DNA from: an uncultured Cytophagia bacterium
GTDB taxonomy: Bacteria > Zhuqueibacterota > Zhuqueibacteria > Oleimicrobiales > Geothermoviventaceae
Assembly: GCA_964644845.1 (NCBI GenBank)
Contig: CAZXXS010000078.1
Coordinates: forward strand, 3,561 to 67,560
Reading direction: 5' to 3'
DNA: 64,000 nt
A model generated the notes under the pieces. That model was not told the origin of the DNA and did no database searches. It was given only the letters and a program-made list of their open reading frames with translations. How positions within the stretch are numbered: position 1 is the stretch's first letter; each line of letters begins with the position of its first letter. Below, in pieces: positions 1 through 9,807 of this stretch. The translations under genes and the position numbers were made by a program.

Positions 1-50
1 GCGCGGAAAGCCTGGCAAACGCAGCGCTCATCAAACCTGAGGAGGATCTC

Positions 51-413
51 ATGAATCCCCAGACGAACAAGCTGCTTTACTGGGCTCCCCGTTCCCTCTG
101 CATCCTGTTCGCGCTTTTCCTCAGTCTCTTCGCCCTGGACGCTTTCGCGCAGGGCACAGGGTTTTGGCGCAACGTTGCGGCTTTTCTGATTCACCTGGCC
201 CCGGTGTACCTCGTGCTGATCGTGCTCGCTCTGGCCTGGCGTTGGGAGTGGATCGGGGCGGCCGTGTTCGTCGCGCTTGCCTTCCTTTACCTGGTGACCA
301 CCTGGGGTCGTTTTCACTGGACGGCCTACCTTGCCATTTCGGGCTCCCTCACCCTCATTGGCCTCCTGTTTCTGCTGAACTGGCTCCACAAACTGCGGTT
401 GAGAACGTCGTAG
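51..413 (+). CDS. Hypothetical integral membrane protein (about 4 TM, 120 aa)
   Basis: GAGGAGG RBS before ATG 51; four hydrophobic segments; no recognisable catalytic motif. Confidence 0.75.
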   Translation: MNPQTNKLLYWAPRSLCILFALFLSLFALDAFAQGTGFWRNVAAFLIHLAPVYLVLIVLALAWRWEWIGAAVFVALAFLYLVTTWGRFHWTAYLAISGSLTLIGLLFLLNWLHKLRLRTS

Positions 414-568
414 CGGGCTTGAGCTGTCCCTGGAGTGTCGCCAGGCGACACTCTTCCAGGAGAAATCGACGTCTTTAGCCGCTGTCATCTGCTCGAACCT
501 ACGGCGGGCTTCTCGATGCCACCGGAGGTTTCGGCAGGACAAGTCACACAACACCCGTTTGACAGAAA

Positions 569-1093
569 ATGACGGGAGGACCTGTGAAGCCGCTCAAGGT
601 AGTGCTGTTCGTTGTGGGAATGCTCGCTGTTGCCTTTTCGTCACCAGCTTCGGCGGGAGACACCAGCGTGGGCGTTCGACTCGAGTTCGTGGGCGGACCG
701 TGCATTTCCGGCGTTGTTAGCCAGCGTTTGGGGACAAACACCGTACTCAAGTTCGCGGTCGGGGGGTTCCCGGGAATCATTTTGCGGTTGCAGGCAAACC
801 TGGCGTTCGCCCCTGACCGGGACGGGACGTTCTTCGGTACCGGCGGCGTGGGCTACAACCGTTACTACCGGGGACAGGCAAACGGACACAGTCTGGTGGA
901 ACTCCACAGCGGCGTGGGCTACAGCTGGCGTGCGGGGAGCAGTGCTGTGATCGCGCCGGAAGCGGGATTGCTTTACATCCCGACTTCCGCCAATCCCTGG
1001 ATCGTGGACGTTTGGAAGAGCAACGGCGGCACCGGTCCAAAACTGCCGCTGGTCCCCTACGGCGGCGTTGACGTGCTGCACAACGCTGAGTAG
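569..1093 (+). CDS. Hypothetical exported protein, possibly a small outer-membrane beta-barrel
   Basis: Signal-peptide-like N-terminus ending ASA; Gly/aromatic-rich alternating strands (GVGYNRYY, GVGYSW). Start uncertain (569 or the GTG at 584). Confidence 0.55.
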   Translation: MTGGPVKPLKVVLFVVGMLAVAFSSPASAGDTSVGVRLEFVGGPCISGVVSQRLGTNTVLKFAVGGFPGIILRLQANLAFAPDRDGTFFGTGGVGYNRYYRGQANGHSLVELHSGVGYSWRAGSSAVIAPEAGLLYIPTSANPWIVDVWKSNGGTGPKLPLVPYGGVDVLHNAE

Positions 1094-2074
1094 GTCCTAC
1101 GCCCAACACAATGTCTCTTCCAGGGGGTCTGGTCCAGACGGGCAGCCCTTTGCAGCTTGACGCACCGAAGTGCCACCTGGGCAAAGGGTCGCTGAAGGGC
1201 AGAGGTGAATTGTGCCCTGTGTTTGGCAGGCTGTTCGGGATTGGATTCGTTGTGCCGATTGCCGAAGGGCGCAGTTGGATTGTGCTTTTCACCTGCCAGC
1301 CTCACGACACGTGGTGGCTGTTGCTCAATCAGGGGCACGCTGCCTTTGCCACCAGAGAGGACCGATGCCACCGTCCCCGGTCAACGGGCGGAAATGTTTC
1401 GACCACGAAAAAGAATTCTCGAGCCCCTTCGACTTTGTGGCCCCTGAGAAACGCAGTTTGGGGAGTCGCACACGTCGCTCCTTGCTCGAGCGCCGGGGTG
1501 TAGTTTTCGCACGGGGGCATGTTCGCTTCAACGCGAGAGGGCCCCGTCTTACGTCCTTCTCCTCCGCAGTGATGCCAGACGTCCACATGTTGGCACAATG
1601 CAGGGCGAGGACCACTTTCGGTTCTGGTCCGAAAACAATTCCGCAGAGAAGAACCAGGTCATCCCGGGAGAAAACGCTTTCCCGCTGGCAAAGAACCCGA
1701 GAATCCTCGTGAGGCAACCTGGTGCGTCCCTCGAGAGCGCCCGAAGCGGTACGACGCGCGGCCGTTGCCACCAGCCGGAGAGAGCGAGTCCCTTCCTGCA
1801 CGCATCCATTCGCTTCCGTCTTACGTCACGACGTGCACAGGAACTTCAAGCCTGTACACACCGTTCGGGCTGAACCGTCAGCCCCGTGATCGCTCACCTG
1901 GTCAGGTACGCAAAGGTTGCCAGGGTACCTCGAGCGCTTTTGACGACGGGAACTGGCCACGAGCGTTCAGCGAAAACCAAAGGCCACGTTGTCGACCTCG
2001 GAGGCTGCTTCACCGGCCACACACAAGCCATCTTTGTCAGCTCCGCAGAACCGATTGGGAAACCAGACGTTTCC

Positions 2075-2095
2075 TGTCAAGAAAAATTCTTGACA
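2075..2095 (+). promoter_or_regulatory. Perfect inverted repeat TGTCAAGAA-AAA-TTCTTGACA containing a TTGACA -35 box upstream of the peroxiredoxin pair
   Basis: 9-3-9 palindrome read directly; TTGACA at 2090-2095, 86 nt before ATG 2181; only a weak -10 (GACATT) at 17-nt spacing. Confidence 0.55.
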
Positions 2096-2180
2096 AAGTC
2101 CCCCAAATTTACGACATTGAGAATGCTTACTAATTCCTGGCAGTCCAGAGTGTGTGTCTTCAACGAAAAGGAGGTCGGGA

Positions 2181-2786
2181 ATGGCACTGAAGATCGGCCA
2201 GCCGGCCCCGGGTTTCGAGGCGAAAGCCTTCTACCGGGGCAACTTCAAGAACGTGAAGCTTTCGGACTACCGTGGCAAGTGGGTGGTGCTTCTCTTCTAC
2301 CCAGGGGATTTTACCTTCGTCTGACCCACCGAATTGGCGACAGTTGCCGCCGTCTACGACAAGCTTCAATCCCTTAACGCGGAAGTTCTGGCCATCAGCG
2401 TCGACAGCCAGTTCACACACAAAGTTTGGCACGAGCAGGAGCTCTCCAAACTCGTCGAGGGAGGGATTCCCTACCCGATGCTCTCGGACACAGGCGGTAC
2501 CATCGGCTCCCTCTACGGGGTCTACGACGAGCAGGAACACGTGAACATTCGCGGACGCTTCATCGTCGACGCAGACGGCGTGTTGCAAGCCGTGGAGCTC
2601 TTGCCCCCACCCGTGGGTAGAAGCGTAAAGGAACTCGTTCGACAGCTCCAGGCGTTGCAACACACACAGCACACCGGCGAAGCGACAACGTGCGACTGGG
2701 TGCCGGGCGGCACGACGCTTAAGCCGGGTCCTGATCTGGTTGGCAACGTCTGGCAAGTCTGGCGACCGGACGTTTCGCTGGACTGA
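2181..2786 (+). CDS. prxU: Selenocysteine-containing peroxiredoxin (AhpC/TSA, PrxU-type), Sec at codon 48
   Basis: AAGGAGGT RBS, ATG 2181; frame reads [12 protein letters not shown](2322-2324)-PTE, placing UGA exactly at the peroxidatic Cys of the FTFVCPTE motif; continues in frame into ORF 2334..2786. Confidence 0.93.
2335..2352 (+). promoter_or_regulatory. Bacterial SECIS-like hairpin of peroxiredoxin 1
   Basis: TGGCGAC-AGTT-GCCGCCG begins 11 nt after UGA; 6 of 7 pairs (one A-C mismatch, one U-G). Confidence 0.6.
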
Positions 2787-3026
2787 GCGAGTGTCGCGAA
2801 CGCTGTTCTTCTCCGGTACGAACGCGAGTGACAGCCAACACGTTCCGCCGGAGTACCGGGATCACAGTAAAACAAGGGGGCACAGTCTTAAAAGATGGGA
2901 TCACCATCCCCGCTCCAGGCGCTTTGCCTGGGGTGGGTTGCCCGCGTTTGGGATTGGCAATTTGAGCGGGCGTTCAACTCGGCTTCGAATGTGGCCGCCA
3001 CGAAACCAACCAAGGAGGTGACAGGA

Positions 3027-3776
3027 ATGAACAAGACCACAGGTCGCGCAATTGCAGCCGCCATCGGGCTCTTCTTCCTCGTGGGCTTGTTCTGGCTGTC
3101 CCCGCGCACCAGCGACACCAGCTTTGCCGCTCCGCAAAAGGCAATGAAACACCAGATGGTGAAGGAGCACAAAGCGGAGCGCATGCTTGCGCGCGTAGGC
3201 AGCCAGGCACCCGATTTCGAACTTCCGGCCTACGTGAACGGCGGATTTAAGAAAATCAAGTTGTCTGACTACCGCGGCAAGTGGGTAGTGGTTTGCTTCT
3301 ACCCCGGCGACTTCACCTTCGTCTGACCGACGGAACTGACGGCGGTCGCCGTCAAATACAAAGAGCTTCAGTCGCTGGGCGTGGAGGTGCTTGCCATCAG
3401 CACCGACAGCCGCTTCTCACACAAGATCTGGCAGGAAATCGAGCTTTCCAAAATGGTTAAAGGCGGTGTTCCCTTCCCGATGCTGGCTGACCGGGGCGGA
3501 CGAGTTGGCCGCATGTACGGGGTCTACGATCCCAAGTCGGGCGTCAACATCCGCGGTCGCTTCCTCATCGATCCGGATGGGGTGATCCAGGCAATGGAGG
3601 TCTTAGCGCCGCCGGTCGGTCGCAACGTGAATGAGCTGATTCGCCAGATCAAGGCTTTCCAGTACCACCGCAAAACGGGCGAGGTCTGTCCGGCCGGCTG
3701 GGAACCCGGTAAAAAGACTCTCAAACCGGGTCCCGACCTTGTCGGTAAGGTCTGGAAGGTCTGGAAACCCGAGTAA
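3027..3776 (+). CDS. prxU: Exported or membrane-anchored selenocysteine peroxiredoxin (PrxU-type), Sec at codon 100
   Basis: AAGGAGGT RBS, ATG 3027; N-terminal hydrophobic segment [17 protein letters not shown]; [12 protein letters not shown](3324-3326)-PTE; in frame with ORF 3381..3776; resolving motif EVCPAGW. Confidence 0.93.
3337..3354 (+). promoter_or_regulatory. Bacterial SECIS hairpin of peroxiredoxin 2
   Basis: Perfect 7-bp stem TGACGGC-GGTC-GCCGTCA starting 11 nt after UGA; GGUC loop resembles the E. coli fdhF SECIS apical loop. Confidence 0.8.
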
Positions 3777-3831
3777 GAGGACTCACCAGGATGGTGGCGG
3801 CCACCTGAATAGCCGGGTCATCTTCCGGACG

Positions 3832-3869
3832 ACAACAGGCATCCTCGCGAGGATGCCTGTTGTTTTTTT
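3832..3869 (+). terminator. Rho-independent terminator after the peroxiredoxin pair
   Basis: Perfect inverted repeat ACAACAGGCATCCTC-GC-GAGGATGCCTGTTGT followed by a T run. Confidence 0.9.
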
Positions 3870-4144
3870 GCGTCTGCGGCCCAGCTAAGCGCAAGCCGCA
3901 CGAACGTCAGGGTGCTCGGCCTGGTTCCGTGTCCTCCCTTGCAAACCAATCCTTCCCCACGCCAGCCAGACCGGACGCGGGGCGAACTGCCTCGCATTCG
4001 AGAAAGTAGAACCGAATGGACCCTGCAGGCGGAACGAAAATGCGCCCACAAACGTAAGTCCTCGTGAAGTCGCTACGTGTCCAAGGAGTTCGGGAGACGC
4101 TTGCTGCAGCGGACCCGACAGTTCTCGGGAAGGAGAGCACTGGC

Positions 4145-4786
4145 ATGCTTCAATTCACCCTGCAGGTTCTGATGGGGTTCATCGCCATCATGAACCCGAT
4201 CGGGAACGTCCCCATTTTCGTCAGCCTGGTTGATGGGTTGGATCGCTCTGCCCAGCTTCGGGTCGCAAAGCGGTCCACCACGCTCGCGTTTTTCATCGTT
4301 GCGGTGTTCACCGTTTCCGGCAACATCATCTTTCGCCTCTTTGGAATCACGCTACCGGCTTTCCGGATTGCGGGCGGCATCCTTGTGTTCATGGTGGCTT
4401 ACAATCTCGTGAATGTGCGGCGCTCACGTCAGCACTACCCACCCGAGGGTGAGCCGATTGAGCACGAGGATCCCGAGAGCATTGCCGTCACGCCCCTTGC
4501 AACACCGATCCTCGCCGGGCCGGGCACCATCTCCACAGCCATCGCCTTTGTCGGGGACCGCAGCGATCTGTTTCACATTGGGATCGTTCTGGGCGTGTTT
4601 TTCGGCGTAGCGCTCGCCACCTACGTCGCCTTTGTTTACGGCGAACTGCTCCTGGAGCGTCTGGGCAAATCCTGGATCAACATCATCACGAGACTGATGG
4701 GCTTGATCCTGGCGGTGATCGCCGTGCAGATGATCATCGAAGGGATTCACGGCTCCGTGCTGCTGTTTTCTGCTTCGGGGCGGTAG
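4145..4786 (+). CDS. marC: MarC family (NAAT) membrane protein
   Basis: IMNPIGNVPIF, FGITLPAFRIAGGILV, PLATPILAGPGTI and ITRLMGLILAVIAVQ motifs; start set at ATG 4145 after a GAAGGAG RBS. Confidence 0.9.
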   Translation: MLQFTLQVLMGFIAIMNPIGNVPIFVSLVDGLDRSAQLRVAKRSTTLAFFIVAVFTVSGNIIFRLFGITLPAFRIAGGILVFMVAYNLVNVRRSRQHYPPEGEPIEHEDPESIAVTPLATPILAGPGTISTAIAFVGDRSDLFHIGIVLGVFFGVALATYVAFVYGELLLERLGKSWINIITRLMGLILAVIAVQMIIEGIHGSVLLFSASGR

Positions 4787-5061
4787 GATTCGCCCGCGCG
4801 GCGAGCGCGGTCCAGACCTACAGGGGAGTTCCCTTGCGCCGGGAAGCCGAGGGACGAACGTAGTCCGGGTGGCGCGCGCAGAGCGACCCGCAAAGAATTC
4901 ACGACAAAAGCCATCTTCCAAATGCACCTTGAGTAGGACCGTGGTCCAGAGTGTGCGGGCAGAGCCCGCTAAACCCTTCACACACGTGGCCGTGGCCACT
5001 GGTGTTTTTCGGTAGCGAGCAGCACTTGGGGACAGCCTGACAACTGCAAGGAGGAGGGCAG

Positions 5062-6033
5062 ATGGAATACACGCGACTGGGACGCACAGGGCTGAAAGTG
5101 AGCAGACTGTGCCTTGGCACCATGAACTTCGGTCCGAACACGAGCGAGAAGGATGCTTTTAAAATCATGGACCGAGCTCTTGAGCTCGGCATTAACTTCT
5201 TCGACACCGCTAACACGTACGGGTGGAAGAAGGGCGAGGGGATCACCGAACAGATCATCGGTCGCTGGTTGTCGCAGGGCGGTGGAAGGCGCGACCGAAT
5301 TGTGCTGGCCACCAAAGTGTACGGTGTGATGGGCGATGGGCCGAATGATCGCGGGCTCTCGGCCTACCACATCCGCAAGGCTTGTGAGGACAGCCTGCGA
5401 CGTCTTAGGACTGACCACATCGATCTGTACCAGATGCACCACATCGATCGCGACACACCTTGGGAAGAGATCTGGCAGGCCATGGAACAGCTCGTGCGCG
5501 AGGGGAAAGTCATTTACGTTGGGAGCAGCAATTTTGCGGGCTGGCACATTGCCCAGGCTCAATGTGAAGCGCAGAAGCGCCATTTCATGGGTTTGGTCTC
5601 CGAGCAGAGTTTGTACAACCTCACCAACCGGATGATCGAGCTGGAGGTAATCCCCGCGTGCCAGGCGTACGGGCTTGGCATCATCCCGTGGAGCCCACTG
5701 GCAAGTGGTCTGCTGGCGGGCTCCCTGGACAAGGTGAAAAGCGGGCGCAGGGCTGAGGAATCCACGCAGAAACGTGCCGCACAATTGCGCGATCAGCTGG
5801 GGCAATACGAGGCTCTCTGTCGTGAGCTGGGCGAAGAACCCGCGAACGTGGCACTTGCGTGGTTGCTGCACCAACCCGCCGTGACCGCACCAATCATCGG
5901 CCCTCGAACGTTGCAGCAGCTTGAGGGAGCAACGCGCGCCGTGGAAATCAAGCTCTCGGATGAGATCCTGGCCAAACTGGACAAGATTTGGCCAGGCCCC
6001 GGCGGTCCGGCACCCGAAGCCTACGCCTGGTAA
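5062..6033 (+). CDS. Aldo/keto reductase
   Basis: LGRTGLKVSRLCLGTMNFG, FFDTANTYG, VLATKVYG, IDLYQMHH, WSPLASGLL motifs; GGAGGAGG RBS. Confidence 0.93.
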   Translation: MEYTRLGRTGLKVSRLCLGTMNFGPNTSEKDAFKIMDRALELGINFFDTANTYGWKKGEGITEQIIGRWLSQGGGRRDRIVLATKVYGVMGDGPNDRGLSAYHIRKACEDSLRRLRTDHIDLYQMHHIDRDTPWEEIWQAMEQLVREGKVIYVGSSNFAGWHIAQAQCEAQKRHFMGLVSEQSLYNLTNRMIELEVIPACQAYGLGIIPWSPLASGLLAGSLDKVKSGRRAEESTQKRAAQLRDQLGQYEALCRELGEEPANVALAWLLHQPAVTAPIIGPRTLQQLEGATRAVEIKLSDEILAKLDKIWPGPGGPAPEAYAW

Positions 6034-6040
6034 GCACCCT

Positions 6041-6064
6041 ACGCCCGGTCTTCCGGGCGTTTTC
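6041..6064 (+). terminator. Rho-independent terminator after the aldo/keto reductase
   Basis: ACGCCCGG-TCTT-CCGGGCGT hairpin followed by TTTT. Confidence 0.75.
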
Positions 6065-6785
6065 TGTTCAAAGTGAGCCTTGAGCCTCCAGACCGCCCCC
6101 GGGCCAAGCAACTTTGAGTTTTCGGCCGATTGGTACCGCCGCGAGAATCCAGCATGCGGTGGACTCGTGCAACGCAAACCGGTAAGGTGCCCACCACGGA
6201 CCGGTTGAAGCCGCGTCAGGATGCTTGTGTAAGGCAGTGCTGGCTTGCTCACCTGCCGTGTCCACCGCTGCTTCAGCGAACGTCGCAGGTCAACCGTGAC
6301 AGCAGTGGATCCAACGCAAACAGCCGACCGAGGGGAGCCCCGAGACGCCGTGAGGGCGAGCTCCCAAGACCGTTCCGGTGGCGCGGACTCGGATCGCAAC
6401 GGGTTTCTGGCTGGTCTTGTCCTGGGGACCGATCTTGAAGATCAAGGCATCCCCTCTTTTCGCGTCGAGACAGAAATCTCGACCTCTCTCAAAGCCGTCC
6501 GGGACTCGATCCGTGGACCCGCGGAGCAGGTCCGCCCCGGGGAAACCACGCGAGTTTCGGCGTAAGGAATCAACCAGACGCACGGCGCGACGTGGAGTCT
6601 TCTTTGAGCTCCGGGGCCGGTGGTCCCGCTTTGCGTACAGACTGATCGACTGGCAACATGCGCTGTGGAGCACTGGGGATTGTTCAGACCAACTCCAGGC
6701 CAAACCGGGGAGCTCGCGAAAGACAAAACGCTTTGTTTGGGGCCCGCTTTTGCGTAAATTTGCCCAGAAAAACCGGAGAGCTGGC

Positions 6786-7778
6786 ATGCAGCAAGTACGC
6801 GTCGGTGTTGTCGGCGTAGGCAAGCTGGGCACCTACCACGTTCAAAACTACCTGAATATTCCGGACGCGCAGCTGGTTGGCACCTGGGACGTTGTCCCCG
6901 AGCGCATGCGCGCGGTTGAAGCGCGCTGGGGTGTGCGGAGCTACCCGTCCCTGCAGGCGCTGCTTGAAGATGTCGAAGCGGTGAGCGTGGCGGTACCGAC
7001 GACGGCGCACCGGGACGTGGCAGCGCAGGCTCTGGCTGCCGGGGTGCACTGCCTCGTGGAAAAGCCGCTGGCGTCGACCTTGGGGGAAGCGGGCGAAATC
7101 GTGCGAACCGCTGCAGACCGGGGCCTGGTACTGCACGTAGGGCATGTGGAACGCTTCAATCCTGCCATTCTTGCGCTCCGTGGAGTAGAGTTGCAACCGC
7201 GTTTCATCGAGTCGCACCGGCTTGCGCCGTTCGACCCGCGGGGTACCGATGTGCCCGTCGTCCTGGACCTGATGATTCACGACATCGACCTGATCCTCAG
7301 TTTGGTAACCTCGCCAGTACGTCGGATTGATGCCCGAGGAGTGGCGGTCGTCTCCGACGACGCCGACATCGCCAACGCCCGCCTGGAGTTCAAAGACGGC
7401 TGCGTGGCCAACGTGACAGCAAGCCGCATTTCCCAGCGGAAGATGCGCAAGCTGCGGCTTTTCCAGCGCAACGCGTACATTTCGGTAGACATGCTCCAGG
7501 GGCTAACTGAGGTTTTTCGTCTCGAAGAACACGAGGCGCCACCCCCAGACAAAGATGCCAGACTGGTTCTCGGACAGATCGACCGGGGCCAGAGGAAGCG
7601 AGCCATTTCGTACGAGCGGTTGGCCGCACCGGAAATCAACGCACTCGAAGCGGAACTCCGCGAGTTCCTGAAAGCTGTGCGTGGAGAGCCAAGTACCGGC
7701 GTAACAGGGGAGGAAGCAAAACGCGCGCTCGAAGTGGCCCTGGAAATCGAGCGGATCGTGCAGGAAACCGCCGTCTGA
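6786..7778 (+). CDS. gnnA: Gfo/Idh/MocA oxidoreductase, likely UDP-GlcNAc 3-dehydrogenase (GnnA-like)
   Basis: GVVGVGKLG Rossmann motif, LVEKP, GHVERFNPA, FIESHRLAPF and DVPVVLDLMIHDIDL; first gene of the lipid A cluster. Start moved to ATG 6786. The gnnA name rests on context. Confidence 0.75.
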   Translation: MQQVRVGVVGVGKLGTYHVQNYLNIPDAQLVGTWDVVPERMRAVEARWGVRSYPSLQALLEDVEAVSVAVPTTAHRDVAAQALAAGVHCLVEKPLASTLGEAGEIVRTAADRGLVLHVGHVERFNPAILALRGVELQPRFIESHRLAPFDPRGTDVPVVLDLMIHDIDLILSLVTSPVRRIDARGVAVVSDDADIANARLEFKDGCVANVTASRISQRKMRKLRLFQRNAYISVDMLQGLTEVFRLEEHEAPPPDKDARLVLGQIDRGQRKRAISYERLAAPEINALEAELREFLKAVRGEPSTGVTGEEAKRALEVALEIERIVQETAV

Positions 7779-7982
7779 GCGGCGGAGCTGGAGCCACCAA
7801 CTTCAAGAGCCACCTTGGGGTGGTCCGCCGGAAAGACGGGCACACCCCGGTTAGCCGCAGAACCGAAATGGAAAGACGGCTTACTCGGCCGGCAACCACG
7901 GGCACCGCTTGAGTCGCGCCAATCCGAGTATGCGAAATGCTCACGTGTCAAGTCGAAAACAAACGCCACTGGAACGGAAGGT

Positions 7983-8567
7983 ATGGCCAAGTTTGACCTT
8001 CGCGAGAAGATCTTCAACAACCGAAGCTACACACCCATTCCCCTCCTGGTTCTTGCCCTCATCCTGGCGAGACCCTCGGTCTGGTCCATTCTCGGGGGTG
8101 TGGGGTTGATGCTTGTCGGCGAGTTTTGGCGGCTCTGGGCAGTCCGCTACGCTGGAGGAGCAACCCGAACAACGTCAGGAGTCGGTGGCGACGAGCTTGT
8201 GACAGCCGGTCCGTACGCGCACCTCCGTAACCCGCTCTACCTGGGGAATCTTTTCAACGCCCTGGGCATTTGCGTGGCCGCCTGGGCGTGGATGCCCTGG
8301 ATGCTCATCGTCTGCCTTGCTTTTTTCACCGTCCAGTACGGACTCATCATCTCGCTTGAGGAGGAGTACCTCCGAGGGCGCTTCGGCGAAGCCTACAGGG
8401 CCTACGCCTCCAGTGTCCCCCGCTTCTTTCCTCGACCTCGCGCGTGGTCTGGCGCAAGTGCCCTGAACCCGCAGCCCCTCCACAGGGCCATTCGCACGGA
8501 GCGGCACACGCTCGGCTCGCTTACACTGATCACGCTGTTGATCCTGCTACGCTGGAAAGTTTTCTGA
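7983..8567 (+). CDS. ICMT/Ste14-family membrane methyltransferase (LmtA-like lipid A phosphate methyltransferase candidate)
   Basis: LVTAGPYAHLRNPLYLGN and EEEYLRGRFGEAYRAYASSVPRF motifs; ends 2 nt before lpxB. Start ATG 7983. Confidence 0.8.
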   Translation: MAKFDLREKIFNNRSYTPIPLLVLALILARPSVWSILGGVGLMLVGEFWRLWAVRYAGGATRTTSGVGGDELVTAGPYAHLRNPLYLGNLFNALGICVAAWAWMPWMLIVCLAFFTVQYGLIISLEEEYLRGRFGEAYRAYASSVPRFFPRPRAWSGASALNPQPLHRAIRTERHTLGSLTLITLLILLRWKVF

Positions 8568-8568
8568 A

Positions 8569-9732
8569 ATGGAACGCACGGTCCTGATCGTCGCTGGCGA
8601 AACGTCCGGCGACCTTCACGCAAGCCGTCTCGTGCGCGAAATGAAACGCCGATCTTCGGGGCTGCGCTTCGTTGGGATCGCCGGCCCCCGGATGCGCGCT
8701 GAAGGGGTTGAGGCGGTGTACAGGGTCGAAGCGCTGTCTTTTCTCGGGTTCGCAGAGGTGCTGCGACACCTTCCCTTCATTCGGCAGGTCTCGCGCCGGA
8801 TGACCCACCTCCTCGACGAACTGCAACCCGAATTGGTGATTTTGGTGGACTACCCCGGCTTCAACCTGCGCTTCGCCAGGCGAGCCAAGGAACGGGACAT
8901 CCCTGTGTTCTACTACATTGCCCCTCAGGTGTGGGCTTGGGGAAGCGGTAGAATCAAGAAGATGGTCGAACGCGTTGACCGCCTGGCGGTCATTCTTCCG
9001 TTTGAAGAGCACCTGTTCCGTCAGTACGGGCTGGATGCACACTTCGTGGGTCACCCACTTCTGGACCTGGCTCACGACGAAACCCCGCGCGAGCTGTTTT
9101 GTGCCCGAGCTGGGGTAAATCCGGACGCCCAACTGATTGGCTTGTTCCCTGGGAGCCGTCGGCAAGAGGTCCAGCGTCACTTGCCCGTGATGCTCGAGCT
9201 CGCTGAGCTAATCGGCGGCCAGCTACCCAACACCCGTTTCGTGGTCGCCCAAGCATCTGGTCTCGGTGAAGGTACGTACACAGCGTCGGTCAGATCCTGG
9301 CCCTCGGGTGTAAAACTGCTTCGGCAGGGGCACTACGCCTTGATGCGGCATGCTTCGGCCCTGGTGGTTGCCTCGGGTACAGCTACACTGGAAGCGGCCA
9401 TCTTCGCCACCCCGTTTGTCGTGGTGTACAAAGTGAATCCCACAACCTGGTTCATCGCAAGACGCCTGGTGAAACTGCCCTACATCGGATTGGTGAACGT
9501 GGTCGCCGGCCGTCGGGTGGTGCCGGAGCTCTTGCAACACGACTTCACCCCCGAGAATCTGGCGCAGACTGTACGAGCGCTGCTTAAAGATGAGGCGTTG
9601 CGAAACCAGATGCGCGCCAACCTTCTCGATGTGCGTCGACAACTCGGGCAACCCGGGGCAGCCGCTCGAGCCGCGGGTCTGGCCCTTGAACTTCTGTCCG
9701 GGGAAAAGGGCTCCGGGACCGCTGGGGTCTGA
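8569..9732 (+). CDS. lpxB: Lipid-A-disaccharide synthase
   Basis: IVAGETSGDLHA, ILVDYPGFNL, YYIAPQVWAWG, FVGHPL, LFPGSRRQEV, VASGTATLE motifs. Confidence 0.97.
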   Translation: MERTVLIVAGETSGDLHASRLVREMKRRSSGLRFVGIAGPRMRAEGVEAVYRVEALSFLGFAEVLRHLPFIRQVSRRMTHLLDELQPELVILVDYPGFNLRFARRAKERDIPVFYYIAPQVWAWGSGRIKKMVERVDRLAVILPFEEHLFRQYGLDAHFVGHPLLDLAHDETPRELFCARAGVNPDAQLIGLFPGSRRQEVQRHLPVMLELAELIGGQLPNTRFVVAQASGLGEGTYTASVRSWPSGVKLLRQGHYALMRHASALVVASGTATLEAAIFATPFVVVYKVNPTTWFIARRLVKLPYIGLVNVVAGRRVVPELLQHDFTPENLAQTVRALLKDEALRNQMRANLLDVRRQLGQPGAAARAAGLALELLSGEKGSGTAGV

Positions 9733-9807
9733 GACAAAAAGCGTTTGTACGAGGATCCCCGCGTTCGGGGTTACGCTCGCATTCGCCAGCACGGAGAGCG
9801 ACATCAG

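Noticed and set aside
2322-3326. Reading the in-frame TGA codons in the two peroxiredoxins (and at 36597) as nonsense mutations or pseudogenes
   Set aside because: Each TGA is exactly at the catalytic Cys position, the downstream frame is intact, and a SECIS-like hairpin follows at identical spacing.
6378-6785. N-terminal extensions given by the ORF track (e.g. starts 6378, 7815, 20016, 31082, 43291, 45635)
   Set aside because: The extensions are low-complexity Arg/Ser-rich text; RBS-supported or homology-consistent starts lie downstream.
7790-7945. SAM-I riboswitch upstream of the methyltransferase (TTCAAGAG, CCGGCAACC, GCCAATCC fragments and several stems)
   Set aside because: Lacks the AUC of P1 and the GAGGGA kink-turn, and the AAGAG-to-GCAACC distance is far longer than consensus; the stems may be chance.
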